The notes under the pieces were generated by a model. It searched no databases, was not told the DNA's origin, and saw nothing but the letters and a program-made list of their open reading frames with translations. Positions 25,575 to 38,934 of a stretch of 64,000 nt of DNA are shown in pieces; within the stretch, counting starts at the first letter, position 1, and the number at the start of each line of letters is the position of its first letter. Source of the stretch: Eledone cirrhosa (lineage: Eukaryota). The position numbers and the translations under genes were made by a program. The stretch lies in contig OZ024744.1 in NCBI GenBank assembly GCA_964016885.1, positions 35,402,001 through 35,466,000 of the forward strand, given 5' to 3'.

Positions 25575-26825
25575 CGGATCTTGCCCAATTGCACCTCTCA
25601 AAGGTGATGACACAGGACTGAGATCTCTGGCGTTACGCAGTAATACAGAAGACCTGACTTCCCACGGCTACAAGCTGAAGCTAAAGCATATAGACAATAT
25701 GCTCCCAGCCCCTCCTACTGCAAAATGGTCGTGGAGGTGTCATGACAAAAAAAGCACCCAGCCCACACTGTAAAGTGGCCATGTAGGCACCACAGTAAAA
25801 AAGCACCCAGCACTCATTGTAAAGTGGCCATGTAGGCACCACAGTAAAAAAACACCCAGCACTCATTGTAAAGTGGCCATGTAGGCACCACAGTAAAAAA
25901 GCACCCAGCCCACACTGTAAAGTGGCCATGTAGGCACCACAGTAAAAAAACACCCAGCACTCATTGTAAAGTGGCCATGTAGGCACCACAGTAAAAAAGC
26001 ACCCAGCCCACACTGTAAAGTGGCCATGTAGGCACCACAGTAAAAAAACACCCAGCACTCACTGTAAAGAGGCCATGTAGGCACCACAGTAAAAAATCAC
26101 CCAACACTCACTGTAAAGTGGCCATGTAGGCACCACAGTGAAAAATCACCCAACACACACTGTAAAGAGGTCATGTAGGTGTCACAACAAAAAGCACCCA
26201 GCACTCACTGTAAAGTGGCCATGTAGGTGTCACAACAAAAAGCACCCAGCACTCACTGTAAAGTGGCCATGTAGGCACCACAGTAAAAAAGCACCCAGCG
26301 CTCACTGTAAAGTGGCCATGTAGGCACCACAGTAAAAAAACACCCAGCACTCACTGTAAAGTGGCCATGTAGGCACCACAGTAAAAAAACACCCAGCACT
26401 CACTGTAAAGTGGCCATGTAGGCACCACAGTAAAAAAACACCCAGCCCACACTGTAAAGTGGCCATGTAGGTGTCACAACAAAAAGCACCCAGCCCACAC
26501 TGTAAAGTGGCCATGTAGGCACCACAGTAAAAAAGCACCCAACACACACTGTAAAGAGGTCATGTAGGTGTCACAACAAAAAGCACCCAGCCCACACTGT
26601 AAAGTGGCCATGTAGGCACCACAGTAAAAAGGCACCCAGCACTCACTGTAAATGTGGTTGACATTAGAAAGGTCATCCAGCTGTAGAAATCAAGCCAAAT
26701 CCAGTTGCTGTATAAGCAAGATATGATCACCTGACCTGGCATTGTCCACAACAGGACAACCCGTCTAACCCATGCTAGTGTGGAAGAATGGATGTAAAAC
26801 AGTGATGATGATGATAATGATGATA
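25575..26825 (+). mobile_element. RTE 3' end with an expanded 48/49-bp VNTR in the 3' UTR
   Basis: ORF end (DLWRYAVIQKT), then ~18 units of AAAAGCACCCAGC[C/A]C[A/T]CACTGTAAAGTGGCCATGTAGG.., then the tail with (GAT)n. Confidence 0.9.
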
Positions 26826-26830
26826 TATAT

Positions 26831-27645
26831 ATCATCATCATCATCATCATCATTATTTAATGTCCATTTTCCATGCTAGCAAGGGTTAGACAGGTTGTCC
26901 CATTTGAAGTAAGTTGGGTCAGGTGACCATGTATTGACATAGTGACTCATATAGAACTGTTTCTGTCTAGGTTTCTACAGCTGGATGCCCTTCCTAATGC
27001 CAACCTCATTTACAATGAGTGCTGGGTGCTTTTTGTTGTGACACCTACATGACCTCTTTACAGTGTGTGCTGGGTGCTTTTTGTCGTGACACCTACATGA
27101 CCTCTTTACAGTGAGTGCTGGGCGCTTTTTGTCGTGACACTTTCACGACCACTTTACAGTGGGAGGGGTTGGGTGCTTTTTGTTGTAACACTTACACAAC
27201 CACTTTTCAGTGTGGGCTGGATATATTTTTGTTCACAGTGTAAGGGTGGTATGGACAGGAGTGGGTGGTGGGGGTATAGTGGTTAAGAGGTGCTTACTAG
27301 GTGTATGTTTGAGTTGGTCTGCAAGGGTAGGCGGATCTTCTGTATTACTGCATAACACCAAAGATCTTGATCCTGTGTCTTTGAGAGGTTCATTTGCGCA
27401 TGATCAGATTTTATCACCTCATCCCAAGTCTTCCTGGATCTTCCTATTCGATAGCTTCCATCAATTTTGATCACCCTGCACCTTTTTATACAACTGTCAT
27501 CCTTCATATGCATCACATGAACATACCGACACAATCTCCTCTCTAGCATACTGCATCTGATACCTCTTATACCTAATTTCTCTCTTTGTTCATTTATATT
27601 TTGCCATCATGTATACTACTGTAACACATCCATCAGAGCATGCAT
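26831..27645 (-). mobile_element. RTE 3' fragment, tail-to-tail with the previous copy
   Basis: ORF 27283-27549; about 4 48-bp units; (CAT)n. Confidence 0.85.
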
Positions 27646-27874
27646 ATATAATGTGTTTGTGTGTCTATGTATGAATACAAGTATACATAAGAATACTGTA
27701 ATTCAACCGTTTAATAAATAGAGATTGATAAAATGAGTATCATGGGGACAATATGATAAAACAATTGGAGGTGGTGCCTTAGCATGAATATAATCAAGTG
27801 ACTAAAACTAGTATAAGAATAAAAAAGATGAAAGGATGAAAAGTGTATATATCATTCTGTTTGTCTATTTCTAG

Positions 27875-28005
27875 GACACAGTTTGGCCAGTTTCACCAGC
27901 AGTTTGATACGTCATACACACAAATTATGCTACTATTTTTTAACAGCTGTATTTCATATCTATAATTTATTAGTAATTCTGAATATATTTGCTGGTGGTG
28001 GTCAG
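27875..28005 (+). CDS. Candidate host-gene exon B
   Basis: tgtttgtctatttctag|GA...CAG|gtgtgt; only one open frame, (G)HSLASFTSSLIRHTHKLCYYFLTAVFHIYNLLVILNIFAGGGQ; phase 1 to 0. Confidence 0.35.
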
Positions 28006-30037
28006 GTGTGTTTGATGTTATGATTGTACTTTTCCTTTTTGTTTTGCTTTTGTTTTTGTTTTGTGGGTTTGTTTAATGCTAATTATGAGTTGTGTTTATG
28101 AACTTGGTGTTTGTGATGTGTGAGAGTGTTCTGTATATTAGTGAGAAAGTAACCTATATATAAAATAAGTTCCATGGAAAGATTTATTTCACTGGTGAAC
28201 ATATCCGTGGAAAATGTTTTATGTCCTTTTTTTTTTTTTGAAACAATTCTGGATATGTTTTCACTCTTAGTTGAATTCCCACTAGGAGCAAGTCTATCTT
28301 CCATCTGTTTGGAATTGATAAAATAAAGTACCAGTTCATAGTAATGGATTGACAGAATTGTTAGTGTGTTGGATGAGATGCTTTATGGTGTCTGTTCCAG
28401 CTCTTTGCATTCTGAGTTCAAATTCTGCTTAGAGATTCAAATCCTAGAGATTCAGCGATCACCTGACCACAATTGTTTATGAAAGCTACAATGGATGCAG
28501 TTTAATGTTGATAATGTTGATAATGATGACAATGATACAGGGCTAATCATCCAACTGTAACAGATTATGAAAGCTGTAATCAGAATTAGAATGTTCATAT
28601 TGGTGATATGTTGACCATGTGCTTAGCAGTGGTTGTAAAGCAGTCATGGGAAAACTGCAACCTGCGAGCCGTATGCTGTAACTGCGAGCCGTAGGCTGTA
28701 ACTGTATGTTGTAAAGCATGTTGTCCAACCCTCTACTGATACTGCCAGCCTCAAGCCTTATAATAATAATGGTTTCTGATTTAGGCACAAATTCAACAAT
28801 TTTTGTGGGAGGGGAAAGTCGATTAAATCAACCCCCGTGCATTACTGGTGCTTTATTTATTGACTCTGTAAGGATGAAAGGCAAAGCTAGATGTTCTGGA
28901 GAAATGTGAAAGGGGTGTGAAAGGAGTGTGGTGAGGTGGATGACTTAACTTAATCTGTCACCTGGTTTAGTATCACCACTACTACTACCATCAAGTGGCC
29001 CATAGGAGTATTAGCAGAGTCTATTCTGTTGCATACTGCCCAAAGAGCTGTGTAATAGGATTGAACCTGAAATAACATGGTTGCAAAAACAAATATCTTA
29101 GCCACACAGCCATGCATGAATTAGTGTGTTGCAAGCATTTGGGTCAGATCTCTTATCTGAGTCTATGGTAGAAGACTTTGCAATCCAAAGTGCGACCTGG
29201 TGGGATTGAACTTAACTTGAAAGCATGCTCTTAACCACAAAGCCATATCTCTACCCATGTGTTGCAAGCATTTGGGTCTGGAAGCATGTGATGGTCGACA
29301 GTAAACTGCTTAAAAACCAACCACACACAGTAATGTGTGCACCCATGTGACCTGTGACACAAAGCGAATCCGAAGACCCAGTCTTTGGTGACGAGACAGT
29401 ACTGTAACTAATAATACTTAACTCAAATTAACCGGATTTCATGATTGCTAGGAATCAGATGGAAAGTTGAAGAACAAATATGTATGTGTGTATGTATCTG
29501 TGTGTCTGTGCATATGCATGTGTGTGTGTCTATGTATATATATACACACACAAAGACATATATATATATATATAAAGAGAGAAAGGGAATGAAATTAATA
29601 AAAATTTAAGAGAAAATAACACAAATATACAAAAAAAAAACAAAAACAAAAAAAAACAATGACAAACTAAAACAAGTTTGGCAAATAAAACAAAACAATA
29701 ATAACAAAAACAATAGCTGCAAGAACTAAAACAGGTCTGGAAAATAAAACACACACACACACACACAACAAAAACTAAAGCATGCCCAGTAAAAAAAAAA
29801 TATATAGTAATAACAAGAAGAAGAGTACAGGTTGAATAGAGTGTATTTAGTGTATTATTAAGAAGCTCTAGTTCAGGTTTAATGAGAATTTAAATAGCAA
29901 AGTCAATTTTTGAGAACTTTAAAATGAGACATTGGTCATGTGACATATCACCTTTCATGTTATATATATATATATGTTATATATATGTGTGTTTGGATAC
30001 AGAGTATACAAAGGCACACACACACACACATCACACA

Positions 30038-30096
<59 letters not shown>

Positions 30097-30215
30097 TGCT
30101 TGTGTTTCTATTGGCAATATGACCATCCTCAAATATAACAATATCATTTTCAACACAGGATTTCACATCAAGAATCTTGCTGAACAAATACTTAAACATA
30201 TATATATATATTCTA

Positions 30216-30247
<32 letters not shown>

Positions 30248-30354
30248 TACCTGGAGTTGCGACCGATAGATAGCATTAGCAATTGGAAAGACCAATGGAA
30301 ACATTGTTTTCTTGGTCCGATTTGACGAAAGTCGATCGTTCCTTCTATATATCT

Positions 30355-30524
30355 ATCTAAGGCGGGTAAAATTCCCGAGATCCATGGACGAGTTCTCTCC
30401 AGCGGTCTCTGTCCCTCATTATCGCTGCCATGTCCTGTCTCCAACAGACCAGTGTCTGTCCTCAGGGCATCAACATACGTTAACCTTGGTCTTCCTCTTC
30501 TAGTGTGTCCATGTAGGGGCTCCC

Positions 30525-30528
<4 letters not shown>
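30355..30528 (-). mobile_element. RTE/RTEX 3' end fragment (same family as 62347-62712)
   Basis: EPLHGHTRRGRPRLTYVDALRTDTGL; DNA homology to 62560-62712. Confidence 0.8.
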
Positions 30529-30567
<39 letters not shown>

Positions 30568-30580
30568 TAGATGCACAATA

Positions 30581-30800
30581 TTTGTTCCTACTTTAGGCAC
30601 AAGGCCAGCAATTTGAAGGGGATGAGAAAGTTGACTAAATCGACCCCAGTGCATTACTGGTGCCTTATTTATCAACCCCGTAAGGTTGAAAGGCAAAACT
30701 AACTTCAGCGAGATTTGAACTCAGAACTTAACGGGCTGTAACACTATGCCACGGAGTATGGTGTCCGACTCTCTACTGATACAGCCAATCCACCACCCTT
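30581..30800 (-). mobile_element. tRNA-derived SINE (23262 family, longer variant)
   Basis: Reverse A and B boxes, central domain and tail. Confidence 0.8.
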
Positions 30801-32010
30801 AGAATTAGATACACAATAATGATAATTGTGAAGGTGAGATATTCATAATTGTAAATCTTTATTTCTTCCTTAGTGTCAAAAGCAGCAACCAAGATACTTG
30901 TAAATTTTTTACTGGCTGATACTAAATTTGTTACTCTTTTTATTGTAGTATATCAATTTTTATTTTTATTTTTTTGTTGATCTGCATTGCCAAATTGTAA
31001 AGAAGTTTGCTTCAGAATCATTTGGTCCTATATTCAATTCCACTGTGTTGCATCTTGAGCAAGTTGCCTTAGCTTTAGGTCAATACATGCTTCGTGTGTG
31101 AAATTGGGTAGACAGAAACTGTTTGGAAGTAAGGAATGTGCAAACATTTACACCTTCATTTCATGAGTAGCCAGTCCTATTGATCAAACAAGTGCCAAAC
31201 TTATCATTGAAACTGATGTAGATCAATTCCATCAATTTTTCTATAAGTAAAGGTTGCTAGCTCCTCAATCAACCCCTTTAAATTTCTGGGGATGTTGTGA
31301 ATGGTCTTGCCCTTAAAAATTATGAAACGCCCCTACCCTATTTTTCCCTTTCAATATACTACTGATTTTAATATCAGTAGATTACTGGGCCAAATCAAGT
31401 TATGTTAGAATCTTTAAAAAGATCTTTAAAAAATACTCGTACAAATTAAATACAAAAAAGTTTCAGTCCAAAAGAAAGCTATTTCAAATTATATATTTAA
31501 AAAAAAAAGACGTGAATGTTCTCAAAAATTTGATCTCAGTTGAAAAAGCATTTTTTTTTTAAATTCTATATTTCACTGTTAGCTGTTGTAATATTTTGAG
31601 TGGATAGACAATTCTACAATTCAAACTGTAAAGTTAAAATACAAAAGACGCAAAATATGAATACATTCTTACCTTTCTCTTGAATCACAAACTCAACCTG
31701 CAAAATAAAGTGCCTCAATCACAAACTTAGTTGCAACGAATGAATTGAGATGCTTAGTGACAGTGAACAAACAATATCTGCTTCCCTTATGTATATATAC
31801 AGAGATAGATACACACACATACATACATGCATGCGCACTAACACACACACAAACAAACTTGTGTGTGTGTCTGTGTATGCCTTGTTTTTGGTACAGGAAG
31901 AATTTTGTCTCTAGTTTTTAATGCCAGGTAAATTTAAAGGCTAAAATCCAAAGAGGGATCGATAAGGATGAATATATATCAAATATATAAGAACCCTAGA
32001 GCAAATATTT

Positions 32011-32482
32011 ATTAAAATAACAGGTTAAAGTTTAAGCAAAGAATCGCTGCTTTCACCCTTAATGGGATCTTCTGAAACTAAAAAAAATCAATCTGTGAAC
32101 GCAGAAGTAAATATTTCGAAAAACGTTGCAACCGGAGGAAAACAGGAAGATGATACTTTAGTTTGTGGAGACGTTCCCTGGCAGGGAACGTCTCAACGAA
32201 CCACCTAAATAGAATATTAGTCTACGGCTTCATTGATACCATAAACGTGGTTTTGTAATTATTCTCACTGCTCCAAATAAGGACGTATTATCTTCACTTT
32301 TTTTCCGTTCATTGCCAGGGAACGTCTCCATGAACCAAAGTATCGTCATCCTGTTTTCCTTCGGTTACAACGTTTTTCGAAATATTTACTTCTGGGTTCA
32401 CAGATTGAATCTTTTAGTTTCAGAAGATCCCGTTGAGGGTGAAAACAGTGATTCTTTGCTTAAACTTGAATCTGTTATTTTA

Positions 32483-32484
<2 letters not shown>
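32011..32484. repeat. Long imperfect inverted repeat / fold-back element
   Basis: 32011-32183 is the reverse complement of 32312-32484 with scattered mismatches; 13-bp perfect hairpin at 32168-32194. Confidence 0.85.
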
Positions 32485-32513
<29 letters not shown>

Positions 32514-32643
32514 TATCATCATCATCATCATCATCGTTTAACGTCTATCCTCCAGGCTAGCATGGGTTTAGACGGGAATTGTCCCACTTGAGGCAAGATT
32601 GGTCGTCTCGCTCGTATAGGACTGTCTGGCAGGTTTTCTACGG

Positions 32644-32683
<40 letters not shown>

Positions 32684-33311
32684 TGTATATATATATATAT
32701 ATATATCATCATCATCATCATTTTACGTCCGCTTTTCTCTGCTTGCAAGGGTGGGACGGGAACTGATTCTGGTTTGATTTCTACAGCTGGATGCCCTTCC
32801 TAACACCAACCTCATTTACAGTGAGTGCTGGGTGCTTTTTTTCCGTGGTGCCTACACATCCACTTTACAGTGTGGGCTGGGTGCTTTTTTTGCTGTGGCA
32901 CCTCCACGACCACTTTGCAGTGGAATGATGTGGACACCAGTCCCTATCATCTCATTTCTACAGCTGAGTAAATTTGAGCAATGTGAAATAAAGTGTCTTG
33001 CTCAAGGAAACAACACACACACACATATATATATATATATATGAAAACAGAGAGAAAGAGACGATTATTAGGAAGGAAAATATATTTTTTTCCTTTTTTG
33101 TTTCTCTCTCTCTTTTTTCTGGGTTAGAAAATGATTAAAACGAAATGTTTTACTTTGTGTGAAGTGTTAAGGTATTGATTTATTTATTATTTAACAATGG
33201 CATTTATTTATCTATTTATATATTTAATAATTGTTTATATATATATATAGAGAGAGAGAGAAACAGGGAGAGACAGAGAGAATAAGAAATGTGTGTGTTT
33301 GGTACAGGTCT

Positions 33312-33365
<54 letters not shown>

Positions 33366-33449
33366 CTCCAACAGGGGCCCACGAACTACTTTTCTATGGT
33401 TCGTGGTAGAACCAACATTTCAGATTCCATTACAACTGGTGAAAATAAG

Positions 33450-33668
33450 GTGGTGAGCTGGTGGAATCGTTAGCACATCTGGCGAAATGCTTAGCGTTAC
33501 TTCTTCCATTTTTACGTTCCGAATTCAAATTCTGCCGATCTCAACTTTGCCTTTCATCCTTTTGGAGTCGATAAATTAAGTACCAGTTGTGAACTGGGAT
33601 CGATGTAATCGATGGAAACCTAAACCTTAAATTTCATGCCTTGTACCTATAGTAGAAATGATTATAAC
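33450..33668 (+). mobile_element. tRNA-derived SINE nested in a probable hAT-like MITE (33371-33765)
   Basis: A/B boxes and central domain; outer termini CAGGGGCCCACGAACT / AGTTTGAGACCCCT. Confidence 0.65.
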
Positions 33669-33767
33669 TGGTAAAAAATCATCACCCACCACCATGTTTG
33701 GCTCACTGTGCCTCGCCTCCAGGACGTAATGGCCCTTTTATGTCCTTCAGTTTGAGACCCCTCTTCT

Positions 33768-33798
<31 letters not shown>

Positions 33799-34311
33799 CA
33801 TTTTACTTTTTTTCTGTCTCTGGACTACGCCCATGCTGGAACATTACCTTGGTTAGTTATGGGTCAACAAACCAACAAACATTGGTGGGAGCGCAAACAC
33901 AAACACACACACAGACATATATACATGTACATATAGATGACGAGCTTCTTTTAGTTTTGGTCTATCAAATCCACTCGCAGGGCTTTGGTCGGCCTGGGCA
34001 GTGGGACTGATCCCGGAAACATGTGGTTGGGAAGCAAGCTTCTTGTCACACTGCACATATACGTGTATATATGTGTGTGTGTGTGTGTGTGTCCAATTAA
34101 CAATGAAAATAAAAAGAACAAAGTCAAATTCCTTTATAACTTTGTTTTTATTTTTATTGTTAATTTAAAACCTAATATCTGTCTCTGCATCTAAAGAATT
34201 AATTCAGCAAAACACAGAACTTCTCTATGGATTTTACAAGATTACATTGAGTTCTATCCAGAGGTAGACCAGACTGAAAAAAGAAAAAAAAAATTTATAT
34301 ATGTGTGTGTG

Positions 34312-34369
<58 letters not shown>

Positions 34370-34847
34370 CTACATACATACATTTACCTAGGTATATAGC
34401 TATGCATTTATACATTTGTATATATACATGCATTTATATTTAAGTGTATAAGGATGTTGACATGATTTATCTTTTTGGGGGGAAGGAGAAAATGTCTCCA
34501 GATTTTATTACCTAGGGAGATTAAATACCACAGCTCTGGCTGAAAGCTGACCAGGTTCTCAACCTCATCAAACACCAACGCTGGCCTGTGTGTGTATATA
34601 TATGTATGTATGTATGTTCTGGTTTTATAATTTCACAAAGTTTTACCAATAGAGAGAGAGTCGGTTTCTAACATAGACCCAAGACTCTCTCATTGGAATT
34701 TACACAACATCAACTAGGTAGATATGTACGTGTATGTATGCAAGCATGTGTAGATATGGATGTTATTGTATGTGTGGATGTGTATATTTTGAGTTGTATG
34801 TGTGCATGTGTATATGCTTTGTATCTGTACATGTGTATATGCAGTTA

Positions 34848-35092
34848 TTAGATGCAACATTTTTGGAATGTTTTACATAATTTTACTGTTCCATTAATGG
34901 ATTGTACTTGTAATTTCCTAACTATTTGTGTTCTTTCTGTTCTTGTGAAGCCTAGCTTCACAAGATTTGTATTGAGGCAGTTACTAACATACCCCAGTGC
35001 CCCAATAATCACAGGCATAAATCTGAAGGTATAATCAGGGTGGAGTATCTGCAGATTTCTCATCAGTTCTGCATAAATATTCTCCTTTTCAC
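34848..35092 (-). mobile_element. C-terminus of a restriction-like-endonuclease LINE (R4/Dong-like)
   Basis: EKENIYAELMRNLQ..FMPVIIGALG..L..LG...LQVQSINGTVKLCK resembles the K..KY..L and PVIIGALG motifs of the RLE domain; flanked by simple repeats. Confidence 0.65.
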
Positions 35093-35757
35093 TATGTATG
35101 TATGTATGTATGTGTGTGTGTGTGTATGTGTGTGTGTGTGTGTGAATGATTGTATGTATGTATATGTATACATCCATACCTTTCATCACCATTGCTTCTT
35201 TTTCTTGTCGTTTCTGTTGTTCTTGTAACTTGTCAAAGCTAAAGTTGTCTTTATTTTCATTTTCTTTGATTTCTTTGATTTCTTTCATTTATCTCCCTAT
35301 GGAATTCGTTGATAAGCTTCTTTTATTTATTTTCTTCATTCTCTTCATTCAAATGCATTCACACTCAGAGACGTACAAATATGGCTTATAAAACTTACCT
35401 AAGTAAATAGCCTTCCAGTGTCCCCCTAGTGCCCCTCAAAGCTTCAAACGCCCCCTAACGCCTCCTTGCTCCAAAACGCCCCCTTGGAGCTCCGAAACGC
35501 CCCCCCCCCTCCCATTGAGAACCTTTGGTCTAGACCCTCCCGTGCTTCCTGTCCCAACCATCACAACACTTCTCACTCTGCAACATAACCAATTCTGAGA
35601 CTAAAAGAATAAGCAGGGAATGTTGTACTTAAATGAGTTAAATAAGAAAGAAAACAATCAATATCCATTAATCGTTATATATCTTTCTGTTCATTTTCCT
35701 ATCAATATTAGGCCACTTGAGTTAGTGACCTAAATTCTGAAGTTTATTATTAGGTCA

Positions 35758-36075
35758 AGTTTGAGAACCGCTTGGTTAGTCAAAGAAAAGTAGTTTACTA
35801 AAAATATAGACATTGACCTAATAATTGTTTCTACTTTAGGCACAAGGCCAGCATTTGTCCCAGTGTATTACTGGTACTTTATTTTATCGACCCCGTAAGG
35901 ATGAAACCAAAATTAACCTCAAATCCCGCTGAGGTTAACTTTGCCTATAAAATAAAGTACCAGTAATACACTGGGTAATTGCTGGCCTTGTGCCAAAAGT
36001 AGAAACAATTATTAGGTCAATGTCTATATTTTTAGTAAACTACTTTTCTTTGACTAACCAAGCGGTTCTCAAACT
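35758..36075. repeat. SINE-centred palindrome with inverted flank duplication
   Basis: About 64 bp of flank perfectly inverted on each side of two oppositely oriented SINE 3' parts. Confidence 0.9.
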
Positions 36076-36694
36076 AACAAATTCCTGACCTGATATTTGT
36101 GAACCCCCACTAAAATAGTTATGTAATTTATCTTATGACTATAAAAAAAAATAATCTTTATTTTGTTAAACAATAATTCATCTGCTATATTTCAATCTCT
36201 CACCCACATACCTATCAGAAACATTGGAGCAATCCATGTATCAAGTTGTTATTGTTTGGCCCTAGAATAATCTTGATCAAGTATACCTATCATCAAAATC
36301 ATTCTAACCATGAATATCCCATCTTTTTTTTTCTGGATATCTAAAATTGCATTATTCAACCAATGTGTCATTTTGGTTGAGCAATCACATCATCTCTCTC
36401 TCTCATACCGGCTCGTCGCATATTAAGTAACTTCAAGGAGGTGGCAAAGAAGAAGACAAAAAAGAAAACAAAAATAAAGCAAAACAGAAAAAGAAAAACA
36501 AAGAAGCAAGCAAGAAAAATATATAAGAATATATCAAATAAATAATAAATAATAGTTTTTTTTTATACAACAATAAAGCCTCTGATTTATAGAGCACGAC
36601 AAGGTTGTGGGAGGCAGGAATTAAAAATGAGAAAAAACATGATCTTGCTGCTTTTAACAAGAAGCAGTAGCAACATGTGACTTATTATCATTAT

Positions 36695-37352
36695 TGGATT
36701 GGCAGTATCGGTAGAGGGTCAGACGCCATGCTTTGATGCATAGACTTACGGCCCTTGCCATTCTGAGTTCAAATCCCGTCGAGGTTAACGTTGCCTTTCA
36801 TCCTTACGGGGTTGATAAAATAAAGTACCAGTAATGCACTGGGATAATTGCTGGCCTTGTGCCAAAAGTAGAAACAATTATTATTCATCATTATCATTTG
36901 AACTCAGAACGTAAAGGGCTGTAAAACCATGCTTCGCAGCATGGAGTTACGACCCTTTACTTTCTGAGTTCAAAGCCCACCGAGGGTAATTTTTCCTTTC
37001 ATCCTTACGGGGTTGATAAAATATAACACCAGTAATACACTGGGTAATTGCTGGCCTTGTGCCAAAAGTAGAAACAATTATAATTATCATCATCATCAAT
37101 ATTGTTGTCATCATCACTATCATCATTATCATCATTGTTTTATCATCATCATCATCATAACCACCACTATAATCATAATCACTGCCACCACCACCATCAT
37201 TATCATTGTCATCATCATCATCCTTGTTATCATCATCATTATTGTTTTATCATTATCATCTTTGCCTTTCATTCTTACGGGGTCGATAAAATAAAGTACC
37301 AGTAATGCACTGGGATAATTGCTGGCCTTGTGCCTAACGTAGAAACAATTAT
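36695..37352 (+). mobile_element. Cluster of three SINE copies in (ATC)n/(ATT)n repeats
   Basis: Central domain and tail repeated near 36790, 36990 and 37261. Confidence 0.8.
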
Positions 37353-37506
37353 CATTATCATCATTGTTGGTATCTTTATTATAATTGTTGCTATCATCAT
37401 CATTGTCATTGTTGTTGTTGTGGTCAATGTCACCATCTTCTTTGCCATCATAGAATATTTTGTTGAACATTATGCTTTCCAAAGTGCTAGGCATCTTCAA
37501 GTTTTC

Positions 37507-38367
37507 ATCATCATCATCATCACTGTTTATTGCCCATTTTTCCATGCTAGCATAGGTTAGATGAGTTGTCCTGTTGTAAGAGAAGTCTGATCAAATGACT
37601 GTCCCTTGCTCATACAGAACTGGTTTTTGCTTTGTTTCTATGGCTGGATATCCTTCCTAATGCCAACCACATTTGCTGTGTAGCTTGGGTGCTTTTTGTC
37701 ATGACACCTACATGACTAATTTACAGTGTGGATTGGGTGCTTTTTGTCGTGACACCTACATGACTAATTTACAGTGTGGATTGGGTGCTTTTTGTCATGA
37801 CACCTACATGATCACTTTACAGTGTGGACTGGGTGCTTTTTGTCGTGACACCTACATGACCACTTTACAGTGTGGGCTGGGTGCTTTTTGTCGTGACACC
37901 TACATGACCACTTTACAGTGTGGATTGGGTGCTTTTTGTCGTGACACCTACATGACCGCTTTACAGTGTGGATTGGGTGATTTTTTATGTGACACCTACA
38001 TGACCGCTTTACAGTGTGGATTGGGTGCTTTTTGTCGTGACACATACATGACCGCTTTACAGTGTGGATTGGGTGATTTTTTATGTGACACCTACATGAC
38101 CGCTTTACAGTGTGGATTGGGTGATTTTTGATGTGACACCTACATGACCGCTTTACAGTGTGGACTGGGTGTTTTTTGTTGTGACATCTACATGATCACT
38201 TTACAGTGTGGGCTGGGTGCTTTTTGTTGTGACACCTACATGACCACTTTACAGTGTGGATTGGGTGATTTTTGTCGTGACACCTACATGACTGCTTTAC
38301 AGTGTGGATTGGGTGATTTTTTGTTGTGACATCTACATGACCACCTTACAGTGTGGTCTGGGTGTTT
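37507..38367 (-). repeat. RTE tail with ~14 x 48-bp tandem array
   Basis: Unit TTACAGTGTGGATTGGGTGCTTTTTGTCGTGACACCTACATGACCACT, giving the 16-aa periodic ORF. Confidence 0.9.
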
Positions 38368-38934
38368 TACATATTTCTAACTGGTTCTAAATTGGCTCTG
38401 TTCCAGTTCCATGAAAGTTCCTGTATAACCCTAGGTCAACTCTGATCCAATAGATTTATGATCAAAGGCATACCAGCTGTGGCCACATGACCATATAGCC
38501 ATTTTTTATTGTAGACATGGCCTATAAGAATGGTGATGGGTTGAGTTGAACCCCGTCAGTACCTACCTGTAAATATCTGATGCTTGTCAGCTCACTTGGA
38601 ATTTTAGATTTTTGGCGACACAACCACCCCTACTGCAGACATAGAAGCAGTCTTGTTTTGCCTTTGTCTTAGGGGTTATGATTGTAGGTGTGAGAGAAAT
38701 GATGTTTTGTTGTAATGTTTCTATTGTTTGTAATTCATTTATTGTTGAACTGAATTTTTTATCAATGACAACATCAGGTTTTTTTTCAATAACCAGGAAG
38801 TTGTAGGTGTCTTGTGTCTGCTGTTTACATTGAGATTAGAGTTGCTCGTTTATGACTATATTTCTAGTGAAATAAACCATCTATAAGCTTCAATTAATTT
38901 TGAAAATAAGTAATTTCAATGAAGCTTGCACAGT

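Noticed and set aside
25745-26652. CRISPR-like array
   Set aside because: Units are contiguous near-identical repeats with no unique spacers, lie inside a LINE 3' UTR, and there are no cas genes
32415-32460. Hammerhead-like CAGAAGA-TCCC..GGGT-GAAA in the fold-back arms
   Set aside because: U4 is absent in both arms and no stem III or cleavage triplet is evident
35095-35288. N-terminal part of ORF 34848-35288 as a protein
   Set aside because: Joined to the RLE-LINE fragment only through a microsatellite; low-complexity and A-rich
37673-38131. Cys-rich repeat protein ORF
   Set aside because: Translation of a 48-bp minisatellite
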